Positions 12,295-25,738 of a DNA stretch of 64,000 nucleotides are shown piece by piece. Within the stretch, counting starts at the first letter, position 1; every line of letters begins with the position of its first letter. A program made the translations under genes and the position numbers. The DNA lies in the NCBI GenBank assembly GCA_024679065.1, contig JAGIQG010000011.1, positions 44,454,001 to 44,518,000 of the forward strand. The letters run 5' to 3'. The stretch comes from Sphyrna mokarran (lineage: Eukaryota). The notes below the pieces were generated by a model. That model was not told the origin of the DNA, did not search any database, and was given only the letters and a program-made list of their open reading frames with translations.

Positions 12295-14030
12295 CTGATA
12301 TGGAATTCCGCTGCTGTCCAGGGAATGTGCACCTTGCACCTTGATAGACCAGCTGTAACTTTCAGAGTTTTAAAATTAGCCTTTTATTCAAGCTATAATG
12401 AGGAAGTCTGTCTTCCACAAAGTAGCGTACAGACTTACTGAGTGATACATGGCATGGATAGACATATTTATCTTACAAGTGATTGCATATACCAATCACA
12501 AGTGTACATTATTCTGAAGTCGCTGACATCCAATTACAATGAATTAAACTTTACTCCCAAATACGCTTCATGACTTTGGTTGACCAGTTACAGTCACTAT
12601 TGATCACTAATAAAATATGTCTACATAGCTACATGTCTACATAGCATCCAAATATGACACCTGCTGTTGTGGCTGAAGGACTTCCTGATTTTGAGATGAC
12701 CTAAGTGCTTTTTAAGGGTTTTTAACTTGAACTTTGACCTTGTAAGATACTGGTCCTGTTTTCTCCATAAGGATCCCAATGACCCATCTGGGACCAGCCC
12801 TGAAATTGCTTACCTGAACCAGATCACTCATTGCAAAAGTTATTTTTGTCCTTGCAGAATCAAAGTTTTTTTTTGGTTTTCATGTTGGGACCGCATCTTC
12901 CCCACCAAGTTTGAGAATAGCAGGCTCAATCTGGTACAATGTGATCCCAACAACAGCCTTGCTGGAGCAACACACATTGATTGCGATGTGGCCCTATAAT
13001 AATTTGTGGCAGTTTCATCTCCAAGGATGTTTTTTAATACAATTTTTGAAGATTTCGATCATCCTTTCTGCCTGTCTATTTGGTGATGAGTGATAAAGTG
13101 CAGTTTAGACATGTTAGATACCACTGAAAGGCACAAAGTTATGGAAATCACCACCAGTGAAGGCCGTGCTGTTATCAGAAACCAGGACTTCTGGTATTCC
13201 ATGTATACTAAGTGTTGCCATAGTTTGTCGATTGTGGCTTGAGAAGTAGTGGAGCACATGCAGTGCACCTCCAACCATTTGGATCGGGAGTCCACCATGA
13301 CTAAAATCATAGAACCCATAAAGGGCCCTCAAAATCCACATGTACTCGCATCCATTGCTTGGTGGCCCCTCCCAATGATGTAGAAAAGTTGAGGGAGGGA
13401 GATTTTTTATTTTCCTGGCACAGGTCACATTGCTTCACCAAGTCTTTGTTGTCAGAGTCAAGACTGGGCAGCCAGATGTAACTCCTGGCCAGCATCTTCA
13501 TTTTGGATACTCCTGGATGCCAATATGTAGGTCTGTTAATATTGAGCATTATCCGGGGGGGGGGGGACACAATTATTCAGGATCCCCAAAGAATGATCCT
13601 GTCCTCAGCACTAAGTTCAATTTTCTTAATGAGGTAGAGTTTTGTTGGATAGTGGTCATAGAATCCATTGTGTAGGATCGTGTGCTTTATTTTGAGTAAG
13701 GTTGGATCTTTTTGGGGCCAGGCTTTAAGCTGCCTTGCTGACACAGGCTAGATCCCCAAAACGTTCAGGGTCATCACAGGCCCTTCCAATGCTGGGAATG
13801 GAGCCAGGCTTGTGGGCAATGGGAGGCAATCATAGTTATCTGGGTCCTAGGGTGGTGTTCCAGAAGGTATTCATAGGCCACCAAAAATGAGGCCCAGCGT
13901 TGAATCTGAGCAGGGGCGATGGGGGCAATTGACTTGTCCACTTAGAAGAGGCCTAATAAGAGTTTCTGGTCAGTAATAGATGTGTTGATGGAACTTTGTC
14001 ATACCAGATAGCACTGCCAACTCTTCTTTC
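12295..14030 (-). mobile_element. Gypsy pol 3' part (RNase H end, integrase) with probable 3' LTR (~12295-12659)
   Basis: HPGVSKMKMLARSYIW...CDLCQ (HHCC), WMRVHVDFEGP, VDSRSKWLEV, VLVSDNSTAF. Minus-strand AATAAA at ~12382. Confidence 0.9.
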
Positions 14031-14370
14031 TCAAACTGAGAATATCTTCACCCTGATCAGGAAAGTTCTTTTGCACATTGGAGAAAATATTCCCCCTCTT
14101 TGTCCTTCACACTCACTATCCCAGTTAATATTAGCAGAGCACAAATCTCCCACTCTAATTACGCCATAGTTTTTGCATCTTCCAGTAATTTGCCCTTTAC
14201 CTGTTCCCAGTGTATGCCCATCATAATGTTCCTTAATTCTAATCAATAAACTCTTTCTTTGACCTATCAACTATATCAAATTTTTCTAATGTTAAAATAT
14301 GTTATTTGATCAGCACTACCAGTTTCACAACTTCTTTCTTCCCGTCCCTGTTTTCCTTGCATACAATGTG
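14031..14370 (-). mobile_element. CR1 endonuclease-region fragment
   Basis: ORF 14031..14270 has an IRVGDL...NINWD motif similar to APE GDFN. Confidence 0.6.
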
Positions 14371-14769
14371 GAAATAAATATATGGATTGGATTTTACATT
14401 GGTGCTGTCATTCTGCCCTCTTCCATAAAAGCTAGGGGTAAATCCATTTCTGTTGGTAAAAGGAAAGCATTCTGTGCTGAGGCCAGGACTGGGTGGAAGT
14501 CTGTGGCTCCTGCTGGAGTCAAGACTGGCAGCCCTGATGAGGGGAGAGTTTGGGCAAGAAGGGTGAAGGACAAGGATAGACAGAGGGTAGAGGGTGCTAC
14601 TGGGGGATTTGGAAAGCTTAGGGACCCACCAACAGGCTCAAGGATTCATTAAGAAGGCTCCTTACTTTGCCCACTACCAAAATGAGAGACAACGGGACAC
14701 TTAGTGTTGGCCTCTCTCACCATTGGCCTCAAACGATCCTGCTACTAAATTTTCCAACTGAATGAGGAA

Positions 14770-16760
14770 AGGAATTCTGGATCTCGTTCCGGAGAATACA
14801 GTGGGGGCTAATGAAGTCAATTTCAGTGATTGAACATTTGAGGTATGGTGTTCATAATACTATTAGGTTTAGGATAGGAGTGAAAAATACAAGGAACAAA
14901 TAAATGTAAAAATACTTAATTGGACAGGGCTAATTATAATAAGATGTAAAGGGTACTGATGGATAGGAATGAAAAATTGATAAGCAAAACAATAATTGAG
15001 CAATGGTAGGGGCTTGAAAGAGGAGATACTTTAGATACAGAATAGACACGTTCCTACTTGGGTTTAATGAAGTATGTGTAAAACTCAAGTTGTTTGGATA
15101 ATTAAAAATGTGGAGATGAAAATAAAGTAACACGGAGACTTATGACATATATTAAGTGGATAATACAGAAGAGTCCATACTTATCAAGAAGGATAAGAAG
15201 AGATATAAGAAAAAAAATAAGATGGGCCAAGTGAGAATGAGTGAATTTGCAACCATATATTTTTTATAAATACATAAAGAGTAAAAGGATAGTTGGGAAC
15301 TAATTAGGAACTGAAAATGAGATCTTCTTGTGAAGGCAGTGAATGTGATTAAGATACTAAATGAGTACTTTTCAGCTATCTTCATTAGAGCAGAAGGTGC
15401 TGCCAATGTAGCAACAAAGGAAAAGGCAGTAACAGTATGGGATAGAATAAGAACAAAGAGAAGGCACTTTAAAGTTGTCTGTACTCAAAGTAAAAAAAGT
15501 CACTCAGTCCAGGTAGGATGCATTCTAAGTCACTGTTGGAAGTTAGGATAGAAATTCCAGAGATTCTAGCCACAATTTTCCAATTCTCCTTAGGCATTGG
15601 AGTGATGCCAGAATACTGGGGCATTAAAAGTGTGGATCAAAGCGGCAAAGATAATTCCAGCAATTACAAGCCAAGTAATCTCAGTGGTGAGGAAATCTTC
15701 AGAGACAATAACCCAGAAAAAAATTAACTGACACTTGATATAGGGTGGACTAATAAGTGAAAGGAAGTACAGATTTGTTACAGACGAATAATGATTTACG
15801 AATTTCATTGAGCTCCACATAATCGACTTATTAGCAAAATGAAAGCCCGTGGAATGAAAGGGACAGTGGAAACATGGATAAGAATATTACCTAAAGAAAT
15901 GAACGCACTCTGCATAGTTTTTTCAAACTAAAGGGAAATATAATTGGTGGTCCTCAGGGATTGGTATTAGGAACACTTCTTTTTAGTATATATCAATGAT
16001 CTAAACTTAAGAATAAAGGGCATAATTTCAAAGTTTGCAGATAACATGGAACTTGCAAATACTGTAAACATTAAGGATGACAGTCTCAGGCTTTAAGCGT
16101 ATAAAATGCACTGAAAAAAGGGAAGACTCATGATAAATTAAATTAATGCAGAGAAGGGCGAAGTCATATATTTTGGTCGGAAGAACAAGAAGAGATAATA
16201 TAAACTAAAAGATACAAAATGGTGCAATTTTAATGGAGAACAGATAAGAAACCTTTCATTGTATGTGCATAAATCTTCGAAGGTAGCAGTACAAATTGAG
16301 AAGGAGGTCAGAAGCAAATTGGATCCTTGATTTCATTAAAAGCGACATAGAATACAAAACCAAGCAAAAGTAAAATCTTTACAGAACATTGATTAGGCCT
16401 TAGCTAGTATATTGCATTCAATTCTGGATACCACACTTTATGAAGGATATTGAGGGCAAGAGTTTTACTTGAATAGTACCAGGGTGAATGGATTAAATTA
16501 TGTGGGGAGACTGTGAAGCTAGGATTGTTTGCCTTAGGGCAGAAAATATGATGGAAGTGTCCAAAAATAGATAGTTTTGATAAAATAAATATGGAAATAC
16601 AATCAACTGTAACTTTAAAAAAAAGTGGATAAATACTTGAAAAGAAATAAGTAACAAAGCTATGAGGACAGAGTAGATGAAATGGATAACTTAAGGAATG
16701 AGAGGACGAGGCATAATAGGTCAAATAGCCTTCTGTGTTAGATCATTCTATAATTCTATA
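14770..16760 (+). mobile_element. Decayed CR1 ORF2 with 3' tail
   Basis: ILNEYFSAIF, DNSSNYKP, GGPQGLVLG, SKFADN, LVYCIQFWIPH. Tail attctataattctat at ~16750. Confidence 0.85.
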
Positions 16761-16769
16761 TTACTGAAG

Positions 16770-17130
16770 TGGAGGTTATTAGTAGGAAACTAAGAAGTAG
16801 ACTTCGTTATCACAAACATGATAAATTTGGGTAAGATAAATTTGAATAAATTGGGATAATTGGTCAATGGATAGGACAAGTAGAGGACATAAACTTAAAA
16901 AGAATGAAAGGAGAAGTTAGGAAGATTGCTTTTATGTAGAGGATGAATGTCTTCCCTGAAAGTGATGCAAATGGAATGCATCAAAACATCAAAAATAATA
17001 AATGGATAAGTAACTGGAAAATAAATGTTTGAAGAAATATGGGAATGGTGATTAATTGGATACTTCTTTTAGAGAGCTGATGCACACATGAAGATCTGAA
17101 TGACTGCCAGACTGTAAAATTTGTTGATTC
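16770..17130 (+). mobile_element. Decayed CR1 3' fragment
   Basis: ORF2 C-terminal remnants (RGHKLK) and a degenerate 3' terminal motif. Confidence 0.55.
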
Positions 17131-17714
17131 TTGACCAATTCACTACGCCAAATTATGAGCAGACATGTCTTCCTTGAGGTACTAATAGCACCTAGTTTAT
17201 TTTCCTACTGTGAGTGTGAAGAATGTAACAACATTTTGAAACATTGGATGGGATTTTCAGATCCCTAATGGGGCAGGTACAGAGATGGACAAATGTGAAC
17301 ATTTACACTAGCCATTGCACCAGCTTGACATTGCCATTCTGGCTGTTGGAAACTTTGTTCAGAAGTGGCATTACGTAGAAATAAGCCATCTGATTTGAAT
17401 AATAGACCAATTAATATTGTTAATTAGAATGTTGTCAGCTCATCAAGTGTTTTTAAAAGCTTTGGTGGAGGCACAGAACTTTTATGAGGGATCAAGAATA
17501 GTCCAGAAGGAAGGAGGCAGTAACAGAACAGGAAGCTAGTCATGAGCTTTCTATGCTATTAGTTTGGCTCATAAAAGAGTGCACAGCTAAGAAACACTCG
17601 GCTATTGGCACATGGCGGCTATCAGTTGAGCAAAGTCACTGTGCCTTAGGACAATTGAACTACCCCTTGAACTGTATGCTTAATCCTAACCATGTTGGAC
17701 TTGGATGGACAAGA

Positions 17715-17849
17715 TGAGAAATCACACGACACCGGACTGTGTGCTTAATCCTAACTGTGTTGGACTGAGATGGACATGATGAGAAATCACATGACACTTG
17801 ATTATTTGAAAACACAAACCTTCAGAGCATTGCTCCTTCATCAGGCGAC
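17715..17849 (-). mobile_element. Penelope-like terminal-repeat fragment with hammerhead core remnant
   Basis: Minus strand reads cCTGATGAaggagcaatgctctGAAG, homologous to 21263-21350. Confidence 0.65.
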
Positions 17850-18246
17850 ATAATCCTAATCAAACGTAACTACTGAAGCACTTCGGAATACAGCATGACC
17901 AATGTATATAGCTTGACAAAATTGTACTCTCTGCAGCAAAAGGACTGAAATGTTTGTAATGTTCTTATTACTGAACTGAAAAACCTCAATGTGCACTTTG
18001 ATCTCTGGAGAAATTGTAAATAATATTACAATTTCTTGTTACAACAATTTGAAATGTTTTGCAATGTTTCTTTCAGATATTTCATAAAAATAAAATGTAT
18101 ATTTGCAAAAAAAAAGTTGAGGAGGTCATGACCCTCCTGGGATCATGGGATGCAGCAAGTAAGCATTGTGAGTGCAGCTGACTGCAAACTAGGCAATAGT
18201 TAGATATAGTATTAAGTTACTTGGAGATAGACACAAGAAGCAACGA

Positions 18247-18531
18247 GGGCAACATGGTAGCACAGTGGTTAGCACTAATGCCCCAATGCATTAGGGACCC
18301 AGGTTCAATCCCAGCCTTGGATCACTGTCTGTGTGGAGTTTGCACGTTTTCCCCATGTCTGGGTGCTTTGGTTTCCTCCCACAATCCAAAGATGCGCAGG
18401 TTAGGCCTCTTACTGTCAGGTGGACTCATGGGGTAAATACATAGGGTTGCAGTTTAAGGGGTGGAATTGTTGTCAGTGCATGCTTCATGGGCTGAATAGC
18501 CTTCTGCTGCACTGTAGGGATTCTATGATTC
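18247..18531 (+). mobile_element. HE1-like V-SINE, CR1-type tail
   Basis: A box tagcacagtgg, B box ggttcaatccc, V-core, tail cactgtagggattctatgattct. Confidence 0.92.
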
Positions 18532-18569
18532 TGGGATAGATATTCTAGGGAGCACTAGGTAGAATCTTA

Positions 18570-19260
18570 GATATGAGGGGGGCAGATAGAAGAAGTGAGG
18601 AGTAAGGAGGCAGTGGAGGCCATATCCAAATGTAGCAGCAATGAGGAAGCTACCTGGACATGTCAGAAAATAAGTGCCACAGGAGACTGTGCCTATCCAG
18701 GCAAGTATTATTGATATTTATACACTTGTTGGGAAAGACCTCAGATCTTGCAATGCATGCTTGCCATGCCCTGCCTGTACCAGTGAAAGTAACTATGATC
18801 TCAAACCTTTTTATCTCAGGTTCCTTACAAGGATCAGTAGCTAACTTTCATGGCATCCTTCAAGTGACTGCACACAATTGATCTCGCATGTCGTTGCTGC
18901 CTTATTTGTGAGAACTGGGAACTAGGTGGGATTTCAAATAGGTAGGACCTTACAGATGTAAAAGGCATTGGGATTCACCTCCATTGCTGGATTTCCATAA
19001 GTGCAGAGCATCACTGGTTACACTCATGTGGCCATCAAGGCACTGAGATTTATCAATAGGAAGGGTTCCGACTCCTTTGATTTTCAGATAGTCTGTGACC
19101 GCAGGAATTGGTATACATGTGTGTGCGTGCAACCCTGGCAACTGCCATGACTCATTCATCCTCCAGCAGACCAAGAAGCTGCAAATCTTCATGTCACAAC
19201 AAAAACCCTGTCAGTGGATACTTGGGACTAGATATATCTCTTGTCAATAAAGGGTACTCA
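18570..19260 (+). mobile_element. PIF/Harbinger transposase relic (HARBI1-like DDE)
   Basis: LPVPVKVTMISNLFISGSLQGS, THVAIKAL..INRKG, PGNCHDSFIL and a WILG-like remnant. Confidence 0.8.
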
Positions 19261-19514
19261 CCCTTTTACTTCACCCCAAGGCAGGTAAAAGGTAAATGCA
19301 GTTCTGGTACTCGTACCATTTGGGTGATGCCCTGCAATACACTCCTGCATCAATATGACACATTGCAAAGACAAAAGAGAGAGAGAGAGATAAGGCAGTG
19401 CCAGCCTACCTCTGCCAAAGCCAGCATCTCATTTCCATAAGCTTCATGTTTCAGTGTTGTTTGAAATCTCACAACACCAGGTTAAAATCCAACAGGTTTA
19501 TTTGGCAGCAAAAG

Positions 19515-19551
19515 CCACTAGCTTTCGGAGTGCTGCCCTTTCATCAGGTAA
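19515..19551 (-). ncRNA. Minimal type I hammerhead ribozyme motif in Penelope terminal repeat
   Basis: UUAC-CUGAUGA-stem II-GAAA-GC-UA-GUGG. Core intact, palindromic stem III AGCU, stem II degenerate. Confidence 0.65.
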
Positions 19552-21262
19552 GTGGGAGTTCTCTTCACAAACAGTGCATATAAAGGCACAAACTCAATTT
19601 ACAAAATAATGGTTGGAATGTGAGTTTTTACAGGTAATCATGTCTTAAAGTTCAGACAACGTAAGTAGAGAGAGGGTTAAACACAAGTTAAAGAGATGTG
19701 TGTTGTCTCCAGCCAGAACAATTAGTGAGATGTTGCAAGCCCAGGCAAGTAATGGAAGTTACAGGTAGTGTGACATGAACTCAAGATTCCAATTGAGGCT
19801 GCCTCATGAGTGCGGAACTTGGCTATCAGTCTCTGCTCAGCGATTCTGCGCTGTCATATGTCATGAAGGCTGCCTTGGAGAATGCTTATCCAAAGATCAG
19901 AAGCCGAATGCCCATGGTCGCTGAAGTGTTCCTCAACAGGGAGACAACACTCTTATTTGGTGACTGTCAAGCGGTGTTCATTCATTCATTATCGTAGCCT
20001 TTGGACTCATGGTGAATAATCACTGAAACAACTATATGATGATACCAACAAGCTCAATCCCACCATTAGTCACCATGGACTACTTTCCGGAATTGGTTAC
20101 GTTCTTGGATACATGTATCTCCATCAAGGACAGTCACCTCAGCACTTTGATGTACCGCAAGCCAATGGATAACCTCACGATGCTCCACTTCTCCAGCTTC
20201 CACTTAAACACGTTAAAGAAGCCATCCCCTATGTTAAGCCCTCCGCATACACAGAATCTGCTCAGATAAGGAGAATCACAACAGACACCTTCAAATGCTG
20301 AAAGATGCCCTTGTAAGAACAGCTTACGGTGCTTGACTCATTGATCAACAGTTTGAGGCGCCACAGCAAAAAACCATACTAACCTCCTCAGAAAACAAAC
20401 ATGGGACATGGCAGACAGAGTACCCTTCATCATCCAGTACTTCCCTGGAGTGGAGAAGCTATGACATCTTCTCTGGAGCCTTCAATATGTCATTGATGAA
20501 GATGAACATCTCACCAAGGCTATCCCCACACCCCCACTTTTTGCTTTCAAACAATGGGACAAGCTTTAACAAACCATTGTCCGCAGCAAACTACCCAGCC
20601 TTCAGGAGAACAGTGACCTCAACACCACCCAGACCTGCCACAGCGACCTCTGCAAGACATGCAGGATCTTCAACGCAGTTGCCATAATCTCACATGAGAA
20701 TACCATCCATTGGGTAGATGGTACATACTCTTGCAACTCAGCCAACATTATCTACCTGATACGCTGCAGGAAAAGATGTCCCGAATCATGGTACCTTGGG
20801 GAGATCATGTTGACGTCACAATAACAGATGAATGAACACCGCTTGACAATCACCAAGCAAGACTGTTCTCTTCCTGTTGGGGAACACTTTAGCGGTCATG
20901 GGCATTGGGCCTCTAATCTTTGGGTAAGTGTTCTCCAAGGCAACCTTCATGACACACAACACAGAGTCGCTGAGCAGAGACTGATGGTCAAGTTCCTCAC
21001 ACATGAGGAAGGCTTCAATCGGGATCTTGGGTGCATGTCACACACTACCTGTAATTTCTATCACCTACCTGGGCTTGCAAAATCTCACTAATTGTCCCAA
21101 CTGGAAACAATACACATCTCCTTAACCTGTGTTTAACCCTCTCTCCATTCACATTGTCTGTACCTTTAAGACTTGATTACCTGTAAAGACTTGGATTCCA
21201 ACCATTATTTTGTAAATTGAGGTTGTGTCTTTATATGCACTGTTTGTGAACAGAACTTCTAC

Positions 21263-21299
21263 TTACCTGATGAAGGAGCAACATTCCAAAAGCTAGTGA
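21263..21299 (+). ncRNA. Hammerhead motif (mutated, GAAA to AAAA) in Penelope 3' repeat
   Basis: UUAC-CUGAUGA-AGGAGCAACAUUCC-AAAA-GCUA-GUGA. Confidence 0.6.
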
Positions 21300-21512
21300 T
21301 TTTTGTTACCAAGTAAACCAGTTGGACTTTAACCTAACGTTGTGAGACTTCTTACTGTGTTTACTCCAATCCAACACTGGCATCTCCACATCATATTTCA
21401 GTGTTGCCAGATGATCAACATTATTCGAGATTTGAGCCTTGCTCACAGGTCAGTAAGTAATCAACCTGGGCACACATTTCTCCAATATTTGAAGCACCAG
21501 GTGCCTTTATTA

Positions 21513-21832
21513 TAGAACCCTACAGTGCAGAAGGAAGCCATTTGGCCCATCAAGTCTGCATCAACTCTCTACTCAGGCACTATCCCTATAATTCACATAT
21601 TTACCCTGATAATCCCCTTAATCTACACATCCTGGGACACTAAGGGGCAATTTAGCATGCCAATCCATCTAAGCAGAATGTCTTTTGACTGTGGAAGGAA
21701 ACAGGAGCACCCAGAGGAAACGCTTGCAAACATGGGGAGAATGTGCAAACTCCACACAGACAGTCACTCAAGGCCAGAATTGAACCCATGTGCCTAGTGC
21801 TGTGAGGTAGCAGTGTTAACCATTGTGCCACT
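21513..21832 (-). mobile_element. HE1-like V-SINE, CR1-type tail
   Basis: Reverse complement of head (ggcacaatggttaacact, ggttcaattct), V-core and tagggttcta tail. Confidence 0.9.
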
Positions 21833-23914
21833 GAGCTATCTACAGCTGAGACTGCTCAACTACTGTGGCTGTTGGAGGCTGGAGCTATGGAGGCCTGTCA
21901 TCTGGGTGTCATGTTATCTTCCCCTCCTTGAATAAAGAAGGTTATTAAAACTCATATGGAACTCTACATGATATTTCTGCTGTTCAACATATCTGTGACA
22001 TCTAATTAGGCTTGCTTTCTTCAATTGGGTAGCCTTACTATCTGGAAGCAAGATTTCTCAATTCTCTCAGCCTACAATAGCACCTGCAGGGCTGCATCAG
22101 TGAAACTTACTCTTCTTCAGTAATTGTTACCATCAAATTTTAAGTTAAATTTGATGGTAAAATACTCCTAGTGAAAAATAACCGTCATTGCACAATGTAG
22201 TTGAAACAGCTTGCTTAACGTGTTGTTCAAATTTAGCAAACAAAAGTCTTGCACATTTTTTTAATTAAACAGGAGCTTTCCATGTTGCTTTCACTCTGGC
22301 AAGACTTTGGCCAATCTGGATCAACTTGATAACCAATCATCACGCTTTTCTCCTGAAATTTCGATTGTTATCATTAGAAATTTAACACTCCAATGTTTGG
22401 CCTTGATGAAAAGATGAAAAGTTTTGACAGCATGTCTCCTTTCAGCAATATTCAACTTCTGTACTATCAAGCAACTCTTGAATATTTCTTTGACAGGATG
22501 ATTATTCTGTTATTAATAAAAAACCAAAAAAATTGTAAATTTAGCACTGGGCATTGTTTAATCATTTGTAGAAATCCATATGTAGCCTAACCAACATCAC
22601 AAATTTCAGATGTGACTGTTTTTATAATTATATTTATCTCCACACAATTATTTATCTATTTAATAAATCTAGGTGGAGTAGGTTATTGGCATTGTCTACA
22701 TTCTTGCTGATAAAACATACATTATGCCTATTCTATAGGTGAATCATAACTCCAGTACTAATGACTGAAACATATCTCTGGAGAATCCAAATATATTTTC
22801 AGTCCTGTCACTGTCATTTGAAAGGGGTTTTTGATGCCCTAAATCTGTTCCAGGACATATTTTCCAAGGATAGAAAAAAACTTCTGTTTGTGGTATCTGT
22901 TTGTTTCAGATCCCTGTGATTCAAACTGTTACATATACTTTAGTGAAAGGTTTTTATTGAATGTGCATTTCTGTATGCTACCATTGTTCACAAACTAATT
23001 CCTCTTTCACTGCTGTTATCTTACACAGACAGCAGTTGTTGAATGTTTGGAGCTTCTCTCCAGCATGTTAACTCCACTGCCCAAGAATACCCTAAACTGT
23101 AAAATTATACATTGATCTTAATCCTGATAGTCTAACTGCTCCCCAAATTTGTTTTCTTATAATTAGCTTCAACCTTTCAGAAATGAGTTTCTCTTGATAC
23201 ATTTAACAGCATTGATTATAGAAAGATAATTGTGACGGTAACTAAGACATTTGCTGTGATGGAAAGTTAACGGTATAAAAAAGACCCTCCATTTTTACAT
23301 TGCGTAATTTGGCTAGGCAAATATGGTTGCCCTATATATCCAGTCTTGCAAATTTGTATTTAGTTTTGCAACTGTCTGTGATAGAGAAGTGATTTTTTAA
23401 AAATTTCAATGTTTAAAGTTATTAATGTAATGTTTTATCCTATTCTTTCCAAATCTTATAGAATTATTGTAACTTTGATTCATAATGTTCACAAGCAGGC
23501 ACATACTGTATCCTTTTGCTTTCACTCCAATCTGCATGCATTCTGATTTAGGCTTAACAGTTTTATGGACAGTATCGTAAGTATAATTACACAGGAAAAC
23601 CTAAGGTAGCAGGATAATTTGAAACCTCGGGGGTTGGTTGTCCCTATCCTTTTATGAGTCTCCCCGGTGTAAGGAAGCTGTGGGAAAGAGTGGAATCAGT
23701 GGATTTCTGGTGGTGATGGTGAATAAGCAAGAATCTCAAGCCACACAGGTCTGAGTACTGCTGAAGCATCCTGCAAGAAAATGACTTGGGTTTCCTTTAA
23801 ACACATATGAGGTAGGAAACAGGAAACAATCTCATGTATTTTTTTCTCGTAATCATATCGTTCATGAGAACATAAGAGGAAATGTTGGACTGATCATCAC
23901 TACATGTTACATTG

Positions 23915-24100
23915 GATATAGGGCATAGAAACAGGCCATTTGGTCCAATCAGCCCATGCCAGTGCTTAAGTGCCACTCGAGTCTCCTCACATATTTCCTC
24001 ATTTAAATTTATCACCACAAACAGTGAACCAAGGCTGGGAATCAAACCCGGGTTCCTGGCATTGTGAGGCAGCAGTGTTAACCAATGTGCCACCATGCCA
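23915..24100 (-). mobile_element. SINE head fragment (24015-24100) adjoining a CR1-type tail fragment (23915-23995)
   Basis: gggaatcaaacccgggttcctggcattgtgaggcagcagtgttaaccaatgtgccacc is a reversed tRNA-derived head. aacaggccatttggtcc is a reversed CR1 terminus. Confidence 0.7.
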
Positions 24101-24277
24101 TCAGTGCAACGCACCAGGGTCAACACTGTGAGAGTGACATCCACAGTGGAGATCCTGTGGCATGATACGCAGTCCATAGCAGGAGATGTTGCAGCCTTTC
24201 TAGGAACGTCTGCTCAATGCCTGGGACATTGGCTTGCAAAGGGTTAACAGCTGGCTTCCACTAAACTGTGCCATAGA

Positions 24278-24618
24278 TGGCACAGTAGCACAGAGGTTAG
24301 TACTACTGCTTCACAGTTCCAAAGACCTGTATTCGATTCCTGGCTTTGGTTAGTGTCTGTGTGGAGTTTGCACATTCTCCTCATGCCTGTGTGGGTTTCC
24401 TCCAAGTGCTCCAGTTTCCTCCCACAGTCCAAAGATGTGCGGGTTAAGTTGATTGACCATGTTAAAATTGCTCCTTAGTGTCCTGAGAAGTGTAGGTTAG
24501 AGGGATTAGCAGGTAAATATGTAGGGATATGGGAACAGGACCTAGGTGAGATTATGGTCAGTGCAGACTCGATGGGCCAAATGGCCTTCTTCTGCACTGT
24601 AGGGTTTCTATGATTCTA
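24278..24618 (+). mobile_element. Full-length HE1-like V-SINE, CR1-type tail
   Basis: Head, V-core ctgtgtggagtttgcacattctcc...ggtttcctcccacagtccaaagatgtg, tail tttctatgattcta. Confidence 0.93.
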
Positions 24619-25738
24619 CACTGCAGTGCTGTTTGGCTGCACAGCATTTATTGGCATAATCACGAGTAAAGGAATGCTGGTTTGCCTATTCAGCCCAGTG
24701 TCTGCCTGTTGTGGCAGATGAGGCTCAGCTGAATTGTGTGGGACCAGCAATCAGCATGTCCAGTGTATTCCTAGAGGGCACCATGTTTCTCCCAGGTCAC
24801 AGTATGTACAGGGCTGAGCAGCCTTCCATTGAGAGCTACTATTACCAACAGCCCTGACAATTAGTTTTGGCTTTTTGGGGTGGTTTTTCTCCTTTGTCCT
24901 CATGCCACTGCCCAAGTGTGAATTTCAATCATACTGCAGCCATTCTCAGGCTGCATGAAGGGACACACAGCTCATTCCTGAATACTCCGTTCTGCCCTGA
25001 TATCCTGGCCTCTCATGGAATCTCACCTTGTTAACTCACTTTCACCCCTAGTGCTGAGCCTCTTGTTTTCAAACTTCTCCCATCCTCTTACCTCTTCCAC
25101 TAAGGAAGGGTATTCCTTCAATTGCAACATGGAAAGGAACCCAGGAAGGAGAACATGGGAAGAAGCACTGCCTGCATACCAGCCTTCACAATCCCTATGA
25201 AGTCCCAAACTGAAGGGAAAGTAAAGCCTGCAAGTGAGCCCTCTCCCCAAAACAGTGATTCTGGCACCCCACCCCGGCCCCGAGTTGAACTTCTCTGTAT
25301 CACGTAAGTCTTTTCTGATGTCCCCTGAGCAGTGAATATCCCAGAGGGTTTTGGCTGCTTCAGCACTTATCATCGAAATCTCCCTTGGGGGGGAGATAGC
25401 GTCACACTTATATTGAGCTGTTGCAAATGGGGTGACGTCATGCCAGTGCCTGCTGTGTATCCAGTAAGTGGGAAGTTCCGGAGAGAATGCTCACTAATGC
25501 CTTGCTAATCTATTAATACGAGCTTTCTGTGGCTCCGCAGAGTATTTCGTGCCATTACACCGACAAGGGGCTGGGAAGATTGGAAACTTGCTGACATGAA
25601 TCACACCTTCTAGATTTTGAGTTGGCACTGCTATTCCTGCAGGTAAAGTGTAGAGGATCAAAATCCCATCACTATCTCTAAACAACAGAATGAACTAAAA
25701 CCAATAACAGATCATTTCACATCAAGTAGTACTTGCTT

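Larger units (their letters stand above)
19463..21393 (+). mobile_element. Penelope-like element (RT C-terminus plus GIY-YIG) with inverted 5' copy of its 3' end and TSD
   Basis: FLDTCISIKDSHLSTLMYRKPMD and NIIYLIRCRK...WYLGE...MNEHR. 19463-19996 is the reverse complement of ~20815-21350. Flanks catgtttcagtgttg (19445-19459) and catatttcagtgttg (21392-21406). Confidence 0.93.
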
